Positions 61,235 through 64,000 of a stretch of DNA of 64,000 nt are shown here, piece after piece; within the stretch, counting starts at the first letter, position 1, and every line of letters starts with the position of its first letter. The notes below the pieces were generated by a model. The model saw only the letters and a list, made by a program, of their open reading frames with translations. It searched no databases and was not told the origin of the DNA. Source of the stretch: Vitrella brassicaformis CCMP3155. Lineage: Eukaryota > Protista > Chromerida. A program made the translations under genes and the position numbers. The stretch spans positions 83,966 to 147,965 of the forward strand of contig CDMY01000253.1 of NCBI GenBank assembly GCA_001179505.1. The letters are read 5' to 3'.

Positions 61235-62303
61235 ATGCGTGTGGTGATTCAGCGGGTCAGTCGAGGTACCGATATATAACAGGAAGGAGCACTCCAGGCG
61301 AAGGGATGCACATGCTTTGGGTGTGTTTCTGCATTCAGCGTCAGTGTCTGTGGACAACAAAGTGGTCAGCCAGATCTCCAGCGGCCTCGTCCTGCTCCTC
61401 GGCATATCAGCCACCGACACAAGGTCCGCACAGAACCAACCAACGTGGCGAATGAGTCATGAGAGCGCCAAGATAGATATGCACGTCGATGCAATGCGCC
61501 CTTCTGTGTGTCATGTGTGCAGGACAGAGGGCGATTCCCTCGTCAAGAAGTGCCTCAGGGCACGGCTGTGGCCTGGTGCGCAAGAACACACGACGGCCAC
61601 AACTCGACTCATGCACAGATCTTGATCTGTTGTGTGTCAACCAGATGCGTCCAATCCCCAGAGGAGTTGGGCTTCTTCAGTGCTGGATAACGACTATGAG
61701 GTGCTCGTCATATCGCAATTCACGCTTTACGGGTAACGCAGCGCACGCCGCAGCGACGTGTGACAAATCCAGGCGCCGTTCTCACTCTGTGTCTGCGCTG
61801 CGTGCAGCACGATGAAGAAGGGCAACAAGCCCGACTTCCACCTGGCCATGGGCGGCGATGCGGCAAAGGAGCTCTACGCGGAGATTGTCGAATTGTTCCG
61901 CCAGCAGCACAAGCCAGAGCGGATCAAAGATGGGGTGTTCGGGGCCATGATGGAAGGTACACAAACACCACACCCATCCCATCGCACCTTACGGAACAGA
62001 AAGCGGCCCGTCTGCCCTCCGTGTCGTGTGTCAGTTGACCTGGTAAACGATGGTCCTGTGACGATAATCCACGACACCAATACCAACAATAACAACGGTG
62101 ACAGCAGCAAGGAGGCGTCGTCATCGGGAGCATCGCAGCCGCAGCAGACCATCAGCAGCAAGAGGGACCTGAGGGGCGGGGACAGGAGGGCCGCGGAAGA
62201 GCCGTCGCCTGCGGACAAAGAGAAGAGGACAGGAGGGGAGGAGTGCGGTGGTAGTGGCGGTGAGGCGATGGCCCCATCTGATGGAGAGGCGAGGGGAGCC
62301 TGA
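61235..62303 (+). CDS. DTD1: D-aminoacyl-tRNA deacylase 1 with a low-complexity C-terminal extension
   Basis: Spliced MRVVIQRVSR|ASVSVDNKVVSQISSGLVLLLGI...LVISQFTLYG|TMKKGNKPDFHLAM...GVFGAMME|VDLVNDGPVTI. Both SQFTL and NxGPVT motifs are intact. Confidence 0.95.
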
Positions 62304-63291
62304 CGATGACATGAGTCAGCACGACCGCGGCGTGAGAACGTGTACAGACGTGGGATTTGAGTTGCATGCGGTCCGTTTGGCCCTCTGACGGCTTCCTCGT
62401 GGCGCGTCGGTCGTCAAGCTGAGATGCCAAATGACTAGTACTGCAGTGGTCGATGACATTCGGCGCCTCCACTGGATGTGGGCGTTATTACTTGGTTACT
62501 TGAGCCACCAGGCCAAATCGACGGAGATGAGTTGACTGCCGACGAGTGCGAAGCGAGCTGATGTGGCCACCCGGGGTGTACAGACATGCGGGTGCGTAGA
62601 GACCGACAACTCTGTGTCTTGATGGGCTAGCTCGCTGGCGACGCATTCTGACGTGATTTTGACAATTGGATTTTGAATGCCCATGAGTACGCGCACCACA
62701 TGCAGGCATCGTTAGGCAACAGCCCAAAACAAACAGCGGGTCCAGGACGCACTGGAGTGGGTTTCCAAAGACGCCCCCGGCGCGCCCCCGTCTCAAGAGG
62801 GCCTGTCGAGGGCCTGTGGGAGTAGCAAACCAGGTGAGGGCTGAAGGTCAACGCATGTTCCCGTATGCAAACTTTCCAATGCGCTGCAGCTTCGGGTCTT
62901 GGCTGGAGGTAGCTGCCAAGTAGCTGCTCACATCACGAAGATGCATATGACTCGGTGGTTCCTTGCGTGCCTTGTCTGCGGTATCGCTGCGGTGAAAGGC
63001 AGAGTTTTACACGGTATGTGGGCAAGGAGGTGATCGGACAACCTCCTCTGCTCTGTCCTCCGTGCTTTGCCTCCGTGTGGCGAGCGTTCGTTTAGGCTCC
63101 ACCACCCAATGTGTGCGAGACGGCAAAAAGCTCATCTTCTCAGACAGATACTCTCTCCTTCCACTGCATGCAGCATCATGGACAGACAATCTGACTGTCC
63201 CGTCTCAACCAAGGAACATTGTGTAAGGGCGCGACTTACCTAGTCGTGCGCTTGCCTAGTCTTTCATACTGATGTTGTCAGGTGGAAAAAC

Positions 63292-64000
63292 ATGTCGGAA
63301 GCACGAAACTTCGTCAAATACATCGACGGCCTCGATTTCTCCCCACTCTTGACACCAAAGAATGACAGCTTCGTCTCGGAGGTAGGAGGTGATGAATGGA
63401 GGAACGAGGAAGTGCAGATATGGACAGTCTCTCTCTCCGTCCATTGCTTGTTGATCAAGATGATGCGACTCACTCGCGGTCCCCAAGACCCCGAAGGCTA
63501 TTGGCTGGCGGTTGTTCTGGGTTGGCTCGCAGACCACGGGAAAACAGAAGAAATGAGGGAATGAGAAATGCGCCTACCAGTGCGAGCACGACAGCTGCAG
63601 TATGCCTGCCATGAACTCGCTAACAAGCTCATTCCCCGCGGTAACTCAGAGATTGCCAATGCGCTGGGAAGGTTCAACCTTCTGTCGAGAGAATTTAAAA
63701 AGCAGGTCAAAACAGCGTGGGAGGTAAGAAAAAGGGTAAGCGAGAACGACAAATACCGAGTGCTTCCCATTTATCTAAAGGAGTTGTCAATGGGCTTGCC
63801 CAAAAAATGGCATGATCGTGCCAAAGGATGGGATTCTCTCGCCATGGAGCTACAGCGGAGATACCGAGACATGATGTATACACTTGTAGCCACCATGTAC
63901 TAATACTTACCCCCATGATTGAGTTGGTGATTTCTCGGCTGTTTCTCCTCCTTTTCGGATGAGCGAGCGTGTATCGGACTACACCCAACCCCCTCCACCT
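63292..64000 (+). pseudogene. Decayed, lower-GC, locally intronless ORF of unknown origin (possibly TE-derived)
   Basis: ORFs 63292-63564 and 63568-63903 lie in the same frame, separated by a single TGA plus one codon. More stops follow in that frame. Confidence 0.35.

Noticed and set aside
61235-62303. DTD-like variant such as ATD or DTD2
   Set aside because: The canonical SQFTL and NDGPVT motifs identify ordinary DTD1, and the extension is just low-complexity sequence.
1-64000. rRNA, tRNA, intact transposase, reverse transcriptase or integrase genes
   Set aside because: None were recognisable by eye. tRNAscan-SE, Infernal and RepeatMasker would be needed to exclude small RNAs or old elements.

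Overview
Intron-dense eukaryotic DNA, GC-rich in exons, with short (about 60-100 nt) GT-AG introns full of (GT)n/(CA)n tracts. This style and the gene content suggest a chromerid alveolate such as Vitrella brassicaformis (inference, not a database match). I assembled the genes by hand across splice sites. In order: LRRC9-like LRR protein (minus strand, runs off the left edge), Sulfotransfer_4-family sulfotransferase, CLC anion/H+ transporter with non-canonical ion-site residues, a long PPR protein with an N-terminal hydrophobic anchor, an intronless class II aldolase/adducin-fold gene, and a secreted unknown protein. Next is a gene of about 12-13 kb for a secreted protein with a LamG-like domain, a CGNG..EECD motif and about 20 sushi/CCP modules. 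It carries three in-frame stops, a frameshift and lost conserved Cys/Trp residues, so it is probably a young pseudogene. A gene-poor zone follows with tandem duplications, a PZP (PHD-Zn knuckle-PHD) gene relic and a modular repeat array. Then come a small secreted protein, a signal-peptide-bearing atypical kinase head-to-head with DNA polymerase iota, a TPR protein and a small secreted prepropeptide. The window ends with VTI1, PP4R3/SMEK, DTD1 and a decayed ORF. The most striking observations are (1) the prepropeptide's C-terminus, RPCGFVCRRWYCYFGCW, which has the same C-x3-C-x4-C-x3-C spacing as the tachyplesin/gomesin beta-hairpin antimicrobial peptides, (2) two otherwise unrelated secreted proteins sharing a signal peptide + QLR[RK]L leader, (3) the secreted divergent kinase, (4) the giant decaying sushi protein and (5) the CLC variant. 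Exon boundaries and some gene ends are approximate.
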